Part shown: positions 1-12,150 of the stretch, in pieces
Numbering within the stretch: position 1 is the stretch's first letter
Layout of the letters: every line of letters starts with the position of its first letter
From: Lama glama
Lineage: Eukaryota
Assembly: GCA_028534125.1 (NCBI GenBank)
Contig: CM052837.1
Location: forward strand, 868,001 to 932,000
Direction: 5' to 3'
DNA: 64,000 nt
Translations under genes and position numbers: made by a program
The notes under the pieces: model-generated
Seen by the model: only the letters and a program-made list of their open reading frames with translations
The model's database searches: none
What the model was told of the DNA's origin: nothing

Positions 1-1559
1 CTTCAGATGCTCCTGTTACCTGCCCCCGGGGTGGGGGTGGGGTGCAGAAAGGCTACTTCTTCCTGCTGAAAGCAAAACGTCCAGGAACGGAACGTCTGGA
101 CGAGCAGCCTGGTTCCCGGAACAGCAACGGTCACAGGGACAAGCGCTGAGAACACACAGGTTCAGGCCGAGCGTTTCATGTTCGTTACATGAATTGACTG
201 TTTGGAACAGAGTCGGGCCCACAGCAGTCGTGAACGAAAAATACTGCAAACCGTGTCAGTGAACAAAGAATGTGAAGCCGTCAAGTCCTCAGCGGCTGCC
301 GCCACCCCAGTGAAGACCAGCCTGCAGCCCGGCCTCTGCAGCCACTCACAGTGGTGCCCCCTGAGGGGGCTCAGAACAAGAAAGGACAGGACACTGGCCC
401 TAGACAGCCAGGTGCTTGTCAAGGGAATGAGTTCAGTGGGCCCAAATGCTTGCTTCCTCCCATACCTAGAAAACACTAAAGTTTTAACTTGAGATGCCTG
501 GTTGCCTTTAGTTAACAAGTCATCTTTTATCGTTCTGACTACCTGGTCTTTGTTGTAAAGCTCCCATATGTCCGAGCTCCTCCCCTACCTCTTCGGAATA
601 GCCCCCAAGAGCGATCTGAGAGGCTGTCATCCCGGCTCGAGTCCTGCCGCCAAATGAAACATCATTCTCCACTTTCAGGCTGCGCGTTTGAGTCAACACG
701 ATCGTGACGTGAACGCTTGCTGGCTTCGTCATCACACGATCTCACTCGGGGGGCAAGGCCCTTGGGTTTGTGCCTTAGAGACGAGGAGGGCAAGGCCCAA
801 AACGCCAGGAACTTGCCCGAGGAAATGTTCTTGCGCTCACGTTTTGGGCTTCGGGACAGAAACGCATCTGAAAGCACTCGGGCAGCAGGACCGCGCATCA
901 CCGCCTGTGAGAAGCCGGAGGGAAGCAGCCGCCTTCTTAGCTCCCACGGCTGCCCAGGGCCGGGCCTTCCCGCTTCCTGCCTGACTGTCTTCAACAGACT
1001 GGATAAGCCTTTCACCTCACGGCCACAAAGTGGCTGCAGCTCCTCCAAGCCTTCCATCCCCAGGGAACAATAGCCCAACCTTCCCCAGAAGTTGCCCCTG
1101 CAGCTTCAGTGATGCCCCGTCATGTCTCCTGGGCCAGGGTGGGGCCAAGTGCCTGCCTCTAAAGCCGGCAGCGACTTTGAGCCCCTGAGCACACTGAAAA
1201 TGAAGCCCTAAACAGCAGCAGAGATGCGCCCGCCAGGCAGGGGCACGGTGGGCTCTGGGAGGGCACAACAGTGGCTGGGGCTTTGTCCCTGCCAGACTGG
1301 TCCCGGGGACATAGGGCCCACCCGCTTCTGTGCCTCGCTTCCTGCAATGGTGCAATGTTCTAGACCTCCGCCGTCGTCCAGTGAGGCGGCCACAGCCACC
1401 CTTGACTCCTGAGCCCTCGAGGGGTGGACCGTGAGACTGAAGATTGAATTTCCGTTTTTGAATGTAATGAGCTCAGAGAGCCGGCTGGAGCTGTGGCCGC
1501 AGCACGGACGGTGTGGGACGCGCAGGGCCGCGGCTTTGCTAGAGCAGCCGTGCTATCCG

Positions 1560-1840
1560 GCAGGGCGCTGATGCCCTAGGAAGACAACGTGGGACGCCAG
1601 GGAAGCGGAGACATCCCAGTAGCCACGCAAAAGAAAAAGAAGGAGGTGAAATTCATTTCCTAATACGCTGTAATCTTCCTCTTTCTCCAAAATAAGATCA
1701 CTTCGACATGTAACTGATATAAAAGAACAGGTGAGCTACTTCACCTTCTTTCGTTCGCCTCACGTCTTTGGGATCAGATGTGTACTTTGCGCTCGCAGTG
1801 CCCGCTCCCCTGCAGCACCCCATGTGGCCAGCCCCGCTCC
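1560..1840. mobile_element. MER33-like hAT-Charlie DNA transposon remnant, heavily diverged
   Basis: Segments tagccacgcaaaagaaaaagaaggaggtgaaattcattt, ccaaaataagatcacttcgacatgtaactgatataaaa and ccccatgtggccag are collinear with the MER33 consensus as I recall it. Boundaries are approximate. Confidence 0.6.
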
Positions 1841-2804
1841 AGAGACCTCAAAGCGTCCACACCCAGTGGCCTTTGCTGACACTGGTTCACGACTTCGGGA
1901 AGCGGGCAGATGAGTTCAAGGTGCAGAGAGACCACTCCCGGGGCTCTGAGACGTGAGTGTCCCCGGAGTCCCTGGAGGGCTGGTCCCCACCCTCCATGTT
2001 TCTGATTCAGCAGGTCGAGTATTCGAATTTCTGCCAGGTGACACGAGGCTGCTGGCCCCGAACTTGGAGAAACACGACTCAGGGGCAGACGCCCGAGATG
2101 CTGTGTTGCCCGATTGCTGATCACACCCCCTGCAAATAAGGGGGAAAAGCCTGGACGAGGAGCGGTGGGAAGCCACCAGGCTCACCTCTGAAAGTCACCT
2201 CCAGCTGGCCTCAGGCATCCTGACCCCTCCCCAGCCACCCAGCCTAGGAGACCACCACCCACAGCCACCCTGCCCGATTTTCCAGGGCAGAGCCCACTTC
2301 ACGAATTCGGCCGCTCCCTGCACCGACAGCCGGGAGAGCTAGGGCTGGGGGCTGCCTGGTGGGTGCCCAGCCCGGGACGGTCCAGCCTGGGGTGTAAACC
2401 CACACTCTCTGGAGCTGGGGGTGGACAAGGAGGCCCAGTCGGGAACCCTGGCCCCTCTGACCCCCCTCCCCAGGCACATTTCAGAGGCCCTGGTGGGTGA
2501 AGAGCCGCCTCCGAGGACAGCAGGGTGAGTGGCGGAGGTTTCCGGGTGTCTGGGTCTAGTGCTCGCCGCCGGTGTCCGCGAGGCCCCCGCACGGAGCACC
2601 TGGGTCAGAGGCTGGCCTTCTCCTGTGGCATCTCTGCCCCGAGTATCCGTCTTCCGCCTCAAGCTCAGTCTCACCGAAATCTAACTGAAAGGGTGCGGGA
2701 GGGGGGTGGCTCGGGCTGCGGGGAGGGGCGCCGGGGCCGGGCAGACCTGGAGCTGCCCACGATGCCACAGGAGACTCGGGTTCCATTCGTCACGAAGAGA
2801 GTTT

Positions 2805-3052
2805 CACACCAGCAGCTGTGCCAACCCCAGCCTCCACGGCTGCCTCTCCGACAACGCCCGCCTGTCGTCCCAGGGTTTTCTGCCTGCGCTGCTCGCTTCT
2901 GGAGGCCGCAGTGGCGCAGAGGGTCACCGCCCTCGAGAGCAGAGGAGGGATGGGAGGCGTCTGCCCCCCAGCCCGGTTCCCCTGCCGGCGGAGCCCAGGC
3001 ACCCAGAACCCAGCCGCTGCAGGTCCCCCTCACCAGGACCACCACCTTCTGA
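2805..3052 (+). pseudogene. SSTR4: Somatostatin receptor 4 pseudogene remnant (TM7, helix 8 and C-terminal tail only; frameshifted)
   Basis: Pieces from three frames (HTSSCANPSLHGCLSDN; RVFCLRCSLLE...TALESRGG..VCPP; HPEPSR; VPLTRTTTF-TGA at 3050-3052) match the human SSTR4 C-terminus YANSCANPILYGFLSDNF..RVLCLRCCLLE..TALKSKGG..MCPP..QPEPGRKRIPLTRTTTF*. Position and orientation are syntenic: + strand, convergent with THBD, about 10 kb away. Confidence 0.88.
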
Positions 3053-5404
3053 AGGGTCCTCACCACCCACCTGGCGTGGCCACCTGGGGGCCTGCGCCCT
3101 CTACAGCCCAGGAGGCTGCCCGTGCTGGACGCGCAGCTGGGAACCACCCCCAGAGCGGCCGGGCTGCTCAGCTCCCCCTCCCCAGGACTCCGGCTTTCGG
3201 AGAAGCCTCCACGGGGGTAGGAGCCTCTGGAACTGGACTAGGATGTGACTCATTCAGAACCTCAGGCTGTTGTTTGAGGGCTGGGATGGGGGGATGCGGG
3301 GGAGGAAAGGCCGTCCCCTGCGACTTGTTACCGCGGCCCCGGCTGGGAGAGACTGTCCAGGGCGCCCGCAGCCTTGCTCCCCGCGGACTCCGCCTGCGGC
3401 GGGGGCGCAGCGTGTTCCGAAAGACAAGGAGGAGGGGAGATGCCCCCAGCCTCTCCCTTCGTGTCTGTTCCTGGGCTCTTGTGCTAACTGAGATTCGCGT
3501 GTGACAGCCCGGTGCGCCGGCCCAACGCCTCCTTCAGTCAGAGGTGTCGCCCCGGTGGGCCCGGGCCGATAGCAGGCTTCCTGTGAGTAGAAAAGGTCTG
3601 GAGAGACCTGTCGCGGGGTTTGTTCCGAGGCTTGAAACCAGGTCTGTAATAAAGAAGCAGACAGGCTACTCTAGCCTAACTCCTGTGATGTGACTTTTTT
3701 CGTCCCCGCGCTTGGGTGTGAGACCATGAGACCTCATTAAGGCAGCGGTTTATACAGGGGTGGAGTTGGGGGGAAGGGGGAGGAAGACCAGAGAAGCAGA
3801 TGGAAATCAGCCCAGATTTGGGATGGAGGAGGCAGCTCTGTCATCCAAAATTATTAAAAAAAAAAAAAAAGGCTGACCTTCAGTAAAGCACTAGCCAGAT
3901 GTGGATAATAAACAGATCGAGGCTGAACACAGTGAGAGACCATGACTTGTGTCTGCTGTTAACCCTTGGATAAACGATCTCCCCAAAGGAAAAAGTCAGC
4001 TGGAGGGGAGCTGCGCTCCTGCTCTCAGCCCGACGCAGAGGTGGGCGGGGCAGGGGTGCGCACGGGCAGCTCTGGGCGCAGGGACCACCGCCTGGGCCCT
4101 GGCTCAGCTCAGCAGAGGACCTCTGGGTGTGGCCAGCCGGCCCTGACCGTGAGAGCAGCTACTCTACTCGGGGTGTGGGGGGAGCAGGGCAGCAGAGGGG
4201 AGAGACCCTCCACTCCCCAGGTGTCAGCTGGTGGGAGGGCTTCAGGAGAAAACATCCTGGCCTGACTTGGTCCAGGACCTGCAGGATCAGGTCTCCTCGG
4301 GCAGCCAGCAGGCTCCAAGGTGGGTGCAGGGAGGCCACTGGGGGCTGAAGAAGACTGAGGAGGGGCCCCCACTCCCACCGTGGGCCTGGCTTCACCTGAG
4401 AGCCAGGGAAGAGGAGCAAGGCCCTTCCCTGACGCGTTCGGGCCGAAGCCTGGCTGTGGGCAGGTGCCTGGTGTCCGGAAAATGGCAGGAGAGCTGACTT
4501 CTTTCTGGTGTTGGATCCAGGGTCGTGTGACCTGGCAGGTGACCAATCCCAGGTCCTCAGAGCTCTGCTCACAAAGCCGGGGGGGCCCCCCAGCCGGCAC
4601 ACGGTGACTCTTAGAGTTTAAGCTATGGTTTTCCCACGTGGCTAGAGATACCAGCTTCTCCGTTCCCGAATGGGGTCTGGGGAAGAAAGGGCCTCCCCTA
4701 AGCTGTCTTTGGGCACAGAACCACTGGACACTTGCTCCCGCACGCGGCCGGCTAGCCCTGCGACCTGGAAGCAGTGTCAGCAGGATCAGTGTGTCTGGGG
4801 GGCACGGGGGACACGTGGTGTTCAGGGTCTGCACTCAGGGGCCCACGTCTGTCTTGGAGAGAAAGCGTGTAGCCGAGCCGGCACTACGTCCCAGGGACAC
4901 AGCTGTGGATAGGAAGCCCTGAACCAAGGCACGCAGCCCCTTGAGCCGCACACGCGTGCACGCACGCACGCAGACACGGGCAGTACACACTGCAGTCACC
5001 TCAGGCATCTGGAGTCGGTCGGCACTGTAACCGTGACCTCGGACCGTCTTTAAAAGTGAACTGCTTCTTTGCTCCCCAGGGCCTGGCAGTGCCTGGCGGG
5101 GCCGGCGCTAGAGAGACGCGGGTGAGCTGAGCTCGAGGACCACGCAGGGCGATCAGCGAGGCCGGGGGCCCTGGCGCTGGCAGTGATCTGATGGGTGTGG
5201 CTGCCGGCCTCTCCCACAGCGACCCACACTGGGCACACTGATGGGCAGAGCAGAGCACTGACCAGAGGCCCTGGCAACACCCAGGCTCTGATGAGTGTCT
5301 AAAAATGCAACCTCTTAAACTTAGCTGGTGATGCTTAAAGGAGAGGCAGTCCCAGATGAGGGAAAGAGGCAGGGGGGCCTCTGCGCCAGCCGGGCCCTGT
5401 GGGC

Positions 5405-5500
5405 GGAGGTGTAACCTCGCTGAGCCTCAGTTTCCCGCCTGGAACGTGCACAGGGGACTGCGAGTTTCGAGCCCTCCCAGCTGCGCTCTCTACTACGTCA
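5405..5500. mobile_element. MIR SINE fragment
   Basis: taacctcgctgagcctcagtttcccgcctggaa resembles the MIR core. Confidence 0.5.
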
Positions 5501-7104
5501 TGAACGCTGCAGAGACGGGCTGGCCGGGGCGGTGCGAGGGGAGCTGGCGTCCTTTATGCCTTGTGCTCCCTCCTTCACTTGTCAAAAATGAGCACTGCCC
5601 TGCCTTTGACCCTGGAGGAATAAATCAGGCAGTGCGGGGGGAGGGCGGAGTCCTGCCGGCCGCTTCGGGGGCTCACGACTCAGCGGCAGCGAGCACCCCG
5701 AGCATCGGTCGGGGATGTGTTCAGAGCAGCGGCGCTGCCAGCTGTGGTGCGCGCCAACTGCCAGGTCTTCATAACCGGGGTCGCGTGACACCCTCCCCCG
5801 AGGCCTGAGGGCGCTCGCGCATTCCACCAGCCTGGGGGCTCAGCCAGGCAGGCGCCCTCAGGCCCTAGCCCTGCTCTGCTTCCCCAGGCTGGGGGTCTCA
5901 GCTTTGACTTCAGCCTGAATGAAGACAGTGTTATCCAGGCAGAAGCAGCCTTCGGGCACCCCCAGTCAGTGACCTTGCTCTGTGTTTTAAAACTGCCTTT
6001 GATTTACTGTTCGGCGACCAGCCTGGTGTTTAATTTTTCCAGATGATCAGGAGCATGGTATTTGCACATGGCAGGTGCTCACTCCTTGCAGTCCTGGCCC
6101 AGTTTGTCAACACTAGGTTCTGAGCAAAAAGGAACGCAGTTTTCGTTTATCTTTAAATTCTTGGCTTCACTTTCGCGATAGAAACATCCTACCTCGCACT
6201 CCTCAGGGGCCAACGCCGGCATCAGGGGAAAAACCACCAAATGAGGGGGAAGTGCTACCCGGAAACCGGACCCGGGAGCCTGAGTGGCGGCTGGGGGAGT
6301 CCCTGCAAATCTGACGGTCGAAGCTGCTCTCCACCCGGCGGCCGGCCGTGACGCTTGGCAGGGAGGCGCCGAGGGCACCCAGGCGGCCGGGGCAGGGGGC
6401 AGTGATGCCCGGACAGGGGGAGGCGCTAGCAGACGCAGAGCAGCGGCGGTGACGGGTGCAGGCTCGCTGGTCAGGAGACCCCTCGACGCACTCCTGAAAC
6501 CGGGCACGTGCCCCCGCTTTCCAGGGGGAGGCTGGCAGGGGGCTCCTGTCCTTGTCACTTTGTTTTTCAGCCATTTTATCAGCAGGAAGGCAGGGTCCCT
6601 GGGCCTGGGACTGGATTGGCTTCCCATCTGTCCGGGAGGGCTCTCTTGAAAGTGGGAACCAATATAAAAAAGTTCAAGGTTGTCAGCCGTGTTGCCCGGA
6701 ATGGGAACATTGGGCCCTAAGTAGAACCCGAAGCTTCCGTCTGCAGCACACCGTGGGCACCTGCCCCGCAGCGTGGCAAGGTGTGGACGGTGCGCCGGGT
6801 GGAGGGGGAAGACGGGCCTGGGGACACGCAGACCCGGGCAGGTCACCGCTCATCAGCCCAGCGTGGCTGCAGGGAAGCTGTGTGGTCCCCAGAGAGAGGG
6901 CGGAACAATAGCGTCCCCCGGGGTGTGCGGGGCCACCCAGGACAGCTCGCCGCTCCGACGTGACCAGCCGGCAGGGGAGGGGGCGGGGGTGGGTGGTGCA
7001 GGGAGCTGGGGCCAGGGCGGGGCCCTGTGGGCTTGTCTTAGTTTGCAGAGCTTTTTTGCATCAGGCTTCCTTTAGCCGCTCCGAGAAGACTGTGATTTCT
7101 TTCC

Positions 7105-7230
7105 AGCCTACTTTTATGGGAGTATAATTTACAGATAGTAAAAGCCACTCTTTCTAGGCTAACGGTTTTATAAATTTTGACACTTACAAGTTTACCATTG
7201 TGTGTCTGCAGACACATCCTTTCCTCGTGG
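7105..7230 (-). mobile_element. Old L1 (L1M-type) 3' end fragment
   Basis: ttttatgggagtataatttacagatagtaaaagccactctttct resembles the reverse complement of an L1M 3' terminus. Confidence 0.45.
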
Positions 7231-8439
7231 TGGCCGTGATCCGTGCCCTGTGGAGGCAGCTGGCAACAGGCTGGGGAGACAGAATTGGGGGTGGTGCACC
7301 CCAGATCGAGGGAGGCCAACCGCCCCGTTTCCTGGGCTCAGTCCCCAAGCAGGGAGCTCCGCCCTCTCGACCACCTGCATCTGAAGCCACGCCCTGGGCT
7401 CCAGACCACAGACCACAGGCCTGGGCTTCGCAAGGCCTGGGCAGGACGCTGCCACCCATCCCCCAGCCAGGGCCCAGAGCCTGGCCCCGGGGCGTCATCG
7501 CCGTGGACCCCAGTTTGGAGTCTCGGTGTTTCCACTGGGCTCTGAGCCCCTTCTGCTCCTGCTGGCCTGTTTCCACCGTGTTCAGGGCCGCGAGGGGCCT
7601 AACCATCCCCAGGGATCTGCTGACTTTCACAATCACACTTTCAACGGATTTGGACGCCGTTACAGCCTGATGTTAAAACAATATTTCATTTCTCCTCTGA
7701 GAGGAAGTCTGTTGTTTGCCTGCCTCCGATCCTGCTGGCCGAGAAAAGGAAGACGGACTCTCTCAAAACAAAGAGACAGGGCTGCACCCGGTGCGCGTTC
7801 TGAGGGAGACAGGCAGAGCCGGGTGTGGCCTGCATCATTTGATGAGGAAACGCTGAGAAGGTCAGGGCGGGTTCCCAGCTGAGCTGGGCCCCCCGCCGAG
7901 TCGGACCACCACGGAAACATGTTCTCAAGTCTTCTTTGTAACCACAGCTCCCCTGGAGAGGACGTAACGATTGACCCCCACTGGACACAAGACCAGTGCA
8001 GCCTTGGGTGTCTCTGCACCGAAGGGGGTGCAGGAGCCGCGGGAAGGGCTGTGGCCGTCGGAGGGCCACGTGGGCAGCAGTGTCCCTCCCTGCCCTCCAG
8101 GGTCCCGACTCCTGGTCACATCCCTCGGGATGTCACACAGAGACTGTGTGATGTGCTGTGACGCCTTGTTTGAGTTCCCTCCCTCCCTCCGGTGGGCTGC
8201 CGGGATTCGGGTCCAGCGGGTCCAGGACTCGTGGTGAGTGAGCAGGGCTTGGGGGACACATGAGCTGGGTTTCGTTACAACATGCTTGCAGAAAATGAAG
8301 AGAGTCGGGCTATCTGGTCATTCTTTGTAAAAACTTATCTTTGGGATTCAGGCATGAAAACAGGATTCTCAGTTCAGGGGGCTCCTGAGGGGATCGCGGG
8401 GCGCACAGCGAGTGTCTGCGGGGAATGCCGCATCCAGCG

Positions 8440-8610
8440 TGTGTAAACCACTCCTGTGTGAGCAGAGGGAGGTGGGCAGGAGGGAGCTTTCCGGGTCATG
8501 AAAATATTCTACGTCTTGATGATGGCAGGGGTCCCACAAGCGTGCGTCCTTCAGACTCAGAACTGCTCACTGACGCAGGCACGTTTACTGTGTCAGCTTC
8601 ATGGTACTTT
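8440..8610 (+). mobile_element. Old L1 (L1MC/ME-type) 3' UTR fragment
   Basis: gagctttccgggtcatgaaaatattctacgtcttgat...actcagaactg...tttactgtgt matches the typical L1M 3' end. Confidence 0.5.
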
Positions 8611-9984
8611 TCAGAAGACCCCAGTGCGCGGCCGGGCTGCAGACCCCGGTGCCTCTAGCCCCCGCCAGTGAGCAAGCGCCCCAGCGGGCCTCGGCTCCCC
8701 CACCGTAGCCGGGCACGCGGGGAGTCCAGGATGCCCCTCCCCAGACCACGGCACAGCCTCCCCTGAGCGGAGGGAGGGAGGCGGCCGCCGTCACTGGCCC
8801 GAGGGGCCTCCTCTGCCTGGCAGCCGCAGATTTGGTCCCTGGAACCTGTGACTCCCCTGGGGGTTAGGTGCCCAGACCCACTGCCCACTGCGCTGCCCAG
8901 GCGAGGACAGCATTGGCTCCAAGTCCCATGGCGAACGTCGCAGACCCTGGTCTGGCTCCTCGTTGAGAACCGAAGGCCCTTTCTCTTTGGTGGGTTCCCC
9001 TTTGGTGTTGTAGACTCGAGGCCCCACGTGGCGGCTGAGGGGAGAGGAGGTGCTTTGGGGTGTGGTCGCCCCTTCTCTGCGGCCTCCCTGGAAGCCTGGT
9101 GAGGGGGCTCTGCCCCGCCAGACTTTGTGGGCTGGTGGGCAGGGAGCATAGGCCTTTGCAGTGGACTTTACAGCTGAGGTGGGGCCACCTCCCCGCTGTG
9201 CGGACACCTCCTTCCCTCGCTGCCGCTCAATGCCCCAAGCCCCGCCGGGATCCTCGTCCAGGGTGGACAGCGGCCTTGCTGAGTGACCGCGCCTTGCCTG
9301 GGAAGAATGCCTTCACTTGCCGGAAAACTTGAACTTGCCATCCAGATGCTCAGGATCCCAACACACTTTTATCCTTTATCCTTATGCATCCGCTAGCCTC
9401 CTGGCGCATGTGCAGGCATTTACTGAGCACTTGCTGTGCGCCAGGCTTGTCTTCAGGGAAGCCCAGCCAGCACCCCGTTTACAGCCTTAGGGGCTGAGGG
9501 GTGCCCGTGGCCATGTGACCCCCAGGCGTCAGGCAGGGATTCAGATCCAGGTGCGCGCGACCCCACGCTCCGCGGCGGCCCTGCCGGATGGAGGGAGCTG
9601 TGCAGGTGTCTGACACGCATGTAAGTCTAGAGGTAGCTGCTACTTTCTCGAGATGCTTCATGCATTTGCCAAGCTCCTTGGGTGGCACACTTGCAGCACC
9701 CAGAACTCAGCATCTTTAAGTGGACCTACTGCCCCTCTCTTTATCCCGCCATTGCACTTCTCCAGCCTCGTCCTGGACCCCCTCCTCCTCGCTCACTTCA
9801 CTCCACACCCTCAGCCAAGACTCCTCCCAGCGCAGGGCCTTTGCACGTGCCGCCTTCGGCTCCACATCTGACCCAACCAGCTGCGCCTTCACATCCAGCG
9901 TCGTCGGCTGGTCAGGCAGGCCTCTCCAGCCCTGCGGCACCTTGCTCCTCCTCCCCAGCCCCTCCCATGGCCTCTAAGTTGGGG

Positions 9985-10105
9985 GGGCGATCACTTCTTG
10001 CATGTCTGCCTCTCCCACCAGAGCACAAGCTTCTCAAGGTCACCATGCCTGTCGCCAACCAACCAGGCACAGAGCACACGCTCCGTGAACACTTGCTGAA
10101 CTGAT
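9985..10105 (+). mobile_element. L2 3' end fragment
   Basis: caagcttctcaagg...ccaggcacagagcacacgctccgtgaacacttgctgaactga resembles the L2 3' terminus. Confidence 0.45.
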
Positions 10106-11624
10106 CCAAGGAATTCGGTCTGAGGGCAAAAAATTTGCCGTTTGACTCATACAATTGAATTCTGACTCATCCTTGGCCTCCGCCCCCGTGAGCCCTGGAA
10201 CCCCACTGACAAATGGACATCACCCTGAGATGTGGGACCTGCAGCCCCGCAGGTGGAACAGGAGGGAGGGACCATGTTTCATAAGGTCCCCCCGGATTTG
10301 AAATGCTGGGGCATCGTTTCCAGAGTTAACTCCAGGTTACACAGTCCTGGTGTCTTTTTCAGAGAGAGGCCGACATTACTTGGCTGCTCTGAACATCTCA
10401 AGTTTGAGGAGGCCTGCAATCAGGGAGGCTGAGCTTTCCCCGGACAGGACGTGAGGGGCATCGGGGGGGAGGGGCTGGGCACCCCCCCCACCAGCGTCCT
10501 GGGGGCCGAAACGCCTCAGTGAGGATTCCTGCCTCTGAGTCTTGAAAGCGTGTGTTGGTTTTCTTACGTTCTTAAGAAAATACCCCTCCTTTGGAGGAAG
10601 AAATCATGGAGCAACGAGCCCTGGAAAGTCAATTTGACAGCTTCCTGGGCACAGACTCTTCCGAAAAATGGAAGGCCGGGGGGTGCGGACAACCTGCAAG
10701 GTGTGGCTCTCTCTCCTGGACCCTTCGCTCTATCTGTCCTCCCCCGCTTGGCCCCCGCTCACCGAGCTCTTCCTTCGTCTGTGCCTACTCCTGAATCTGG
10801 TCTTCTGCCCGCCGAGCGAGCCGGGGCCGCACAGCAGCCGCCCACCCCCGCCTCACACAGCCCGGCGCCGCCTCCTCCGGCCAGGGTGGCTGCTGAAGCC
10901 CCCGCCCGCGTCTGCACGACAGCAACGGCTCCGGTTAAAACGGAGAGGTTCGGTGTTTTCCAAATGGTTTTATATATTTAATGTATCTGACCGAACCCAA
11001 TTTTCTCCTAATTTCTGCTTTCTGAAAGCTTTCGGAGCACAGCATATAAAATCGGCCTGCTCTACCACCCCCGGGAAGGGGCCCAAGAAGTGTGTGTGCT
11101 AGGAAGACAGCGCCTCTCCCCTCCGAGGGAAACGAGGAGGCCTTGACACTGCGTGGAACCTTGCGTTCAAGCCACAGGCCAGCCCCTCACGGCTCTGCTG
11201 TGTGGATGTCCCCGGGAGCAGACAATGCCAAACCATTCGCAAAAGGACACACAGCCAGGATTCTAGAGACGCCCCAGGAAGGGCTGTTTCTTTAACTCAT
11301 CCCAACAAATAGCTTGATAATGGATTTTAAAGCACACAGACGTAAGTCCTGTGTATGAAGTTGTTATTGTTACAGGAAGAAAAAGATAAATATTTGTGCA
11401 CACAGATATAACGTAAGTCCTGCCACGGTGAAGGCAAGCGCCTCTGGAAAGATTCCTGAAAGTCTGAGAGGGAGTCATGAGGAGCTGGAACTCGTGACAG
11501 GATGGGGGGCGCCTTTAAAGGCACCTCTGAGCATCCGCATTGTTCAGAACCCGTTTAATACGCACAGCGAGGGGCGGGGGAGGGGGGCGGACAAACGCGA
11601 AGCCCAAGAGCCCTCAGTTATCTG

Positions 11625-11630
11625 TTTATT
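11625..11630 (-). terminator. THBD polyadenylation signal AATAAA
   Basis: TTTATT on the + strand about 1.8 kb past the THBD stop. The minus-strand context (AAAATAAACAGATAAC) matches the end of the human THBD mRNA as I recall it. Confidence 0.7.
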
Positions 11631-11682
11631 TTCTGCATGTGGCGTCAGAAGCAGGGGTTCGCCTGTGTTCTAGTTTATCTCC

Positions 11683-11695
11683 AATAAATAAATAA
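11683..11695 (-). promoter_or_regulatory. AU-rich element in the THBD 3' UTR (UUAUUUAUUUAUU)
   Basis: The + strand reads aataaataaataa, giving two overlapping AUUUA pentamers about 55 nt upstream of the poly(A) signal. Confidence 0.65.
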
Positions 11696-12019
11696 CTATG
11701 TACACACGTGCTGAGTTCACAACATAGTGGCAGAAAACCTTTGCTTTACAACAGACACCTTTACGCGACACGTTCCTCCCGCACACCGAAGCGCGCGGCG
11801 TCTCACTCCCAGCTCACTCGGAGCGGAGGCCTCGTGCAGCAGCGTCCGCGCGGGGTGTACCTAGGCGCCTCCGGCAGACAGCAAAGCTGACGTGTGAAGA
11901 TGCCTCAGTTTCTTGAGAACATAGGGCCTGACTCGGCCCACTACTTTTTACTGACCCATAGGTGATCTGTCCCAGAAGGTCGGAGCTGCCTGGAACAGCT
12001 CCCCTCCAGTTCTGCCGAG

Positions 12020-12150
12020 CAGACAGCCCCCTGCTGATCTAGTCAAAATGCAGATTCTGCAGCAGGAGGTGCACAGAGCCTCGGGGTCTGCATTTCCAAG
12101 CAGAGGTCCGGGCGGCTCCGCTTCTTGCCTCGAGATCCTGTTCCACGTGG
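12020..12150. mobile_element. MER5-like DNA transposon remnant inside the THBD 3' UTR
   Basis: Internal inverted pair aaaatgcagattct ... tctgcatttccaa is typical of MER5. Confidence 0.45.

Noticed and set aside
2525-3504. Functional proteins from ORFs 2525-3052, 2706-3248 and 2818-3504
   Set aside because: Each carries only a short piece of the SSTR4 remnant embedded in out-of-frame sequence, and none can encode a 7-TM receptor.
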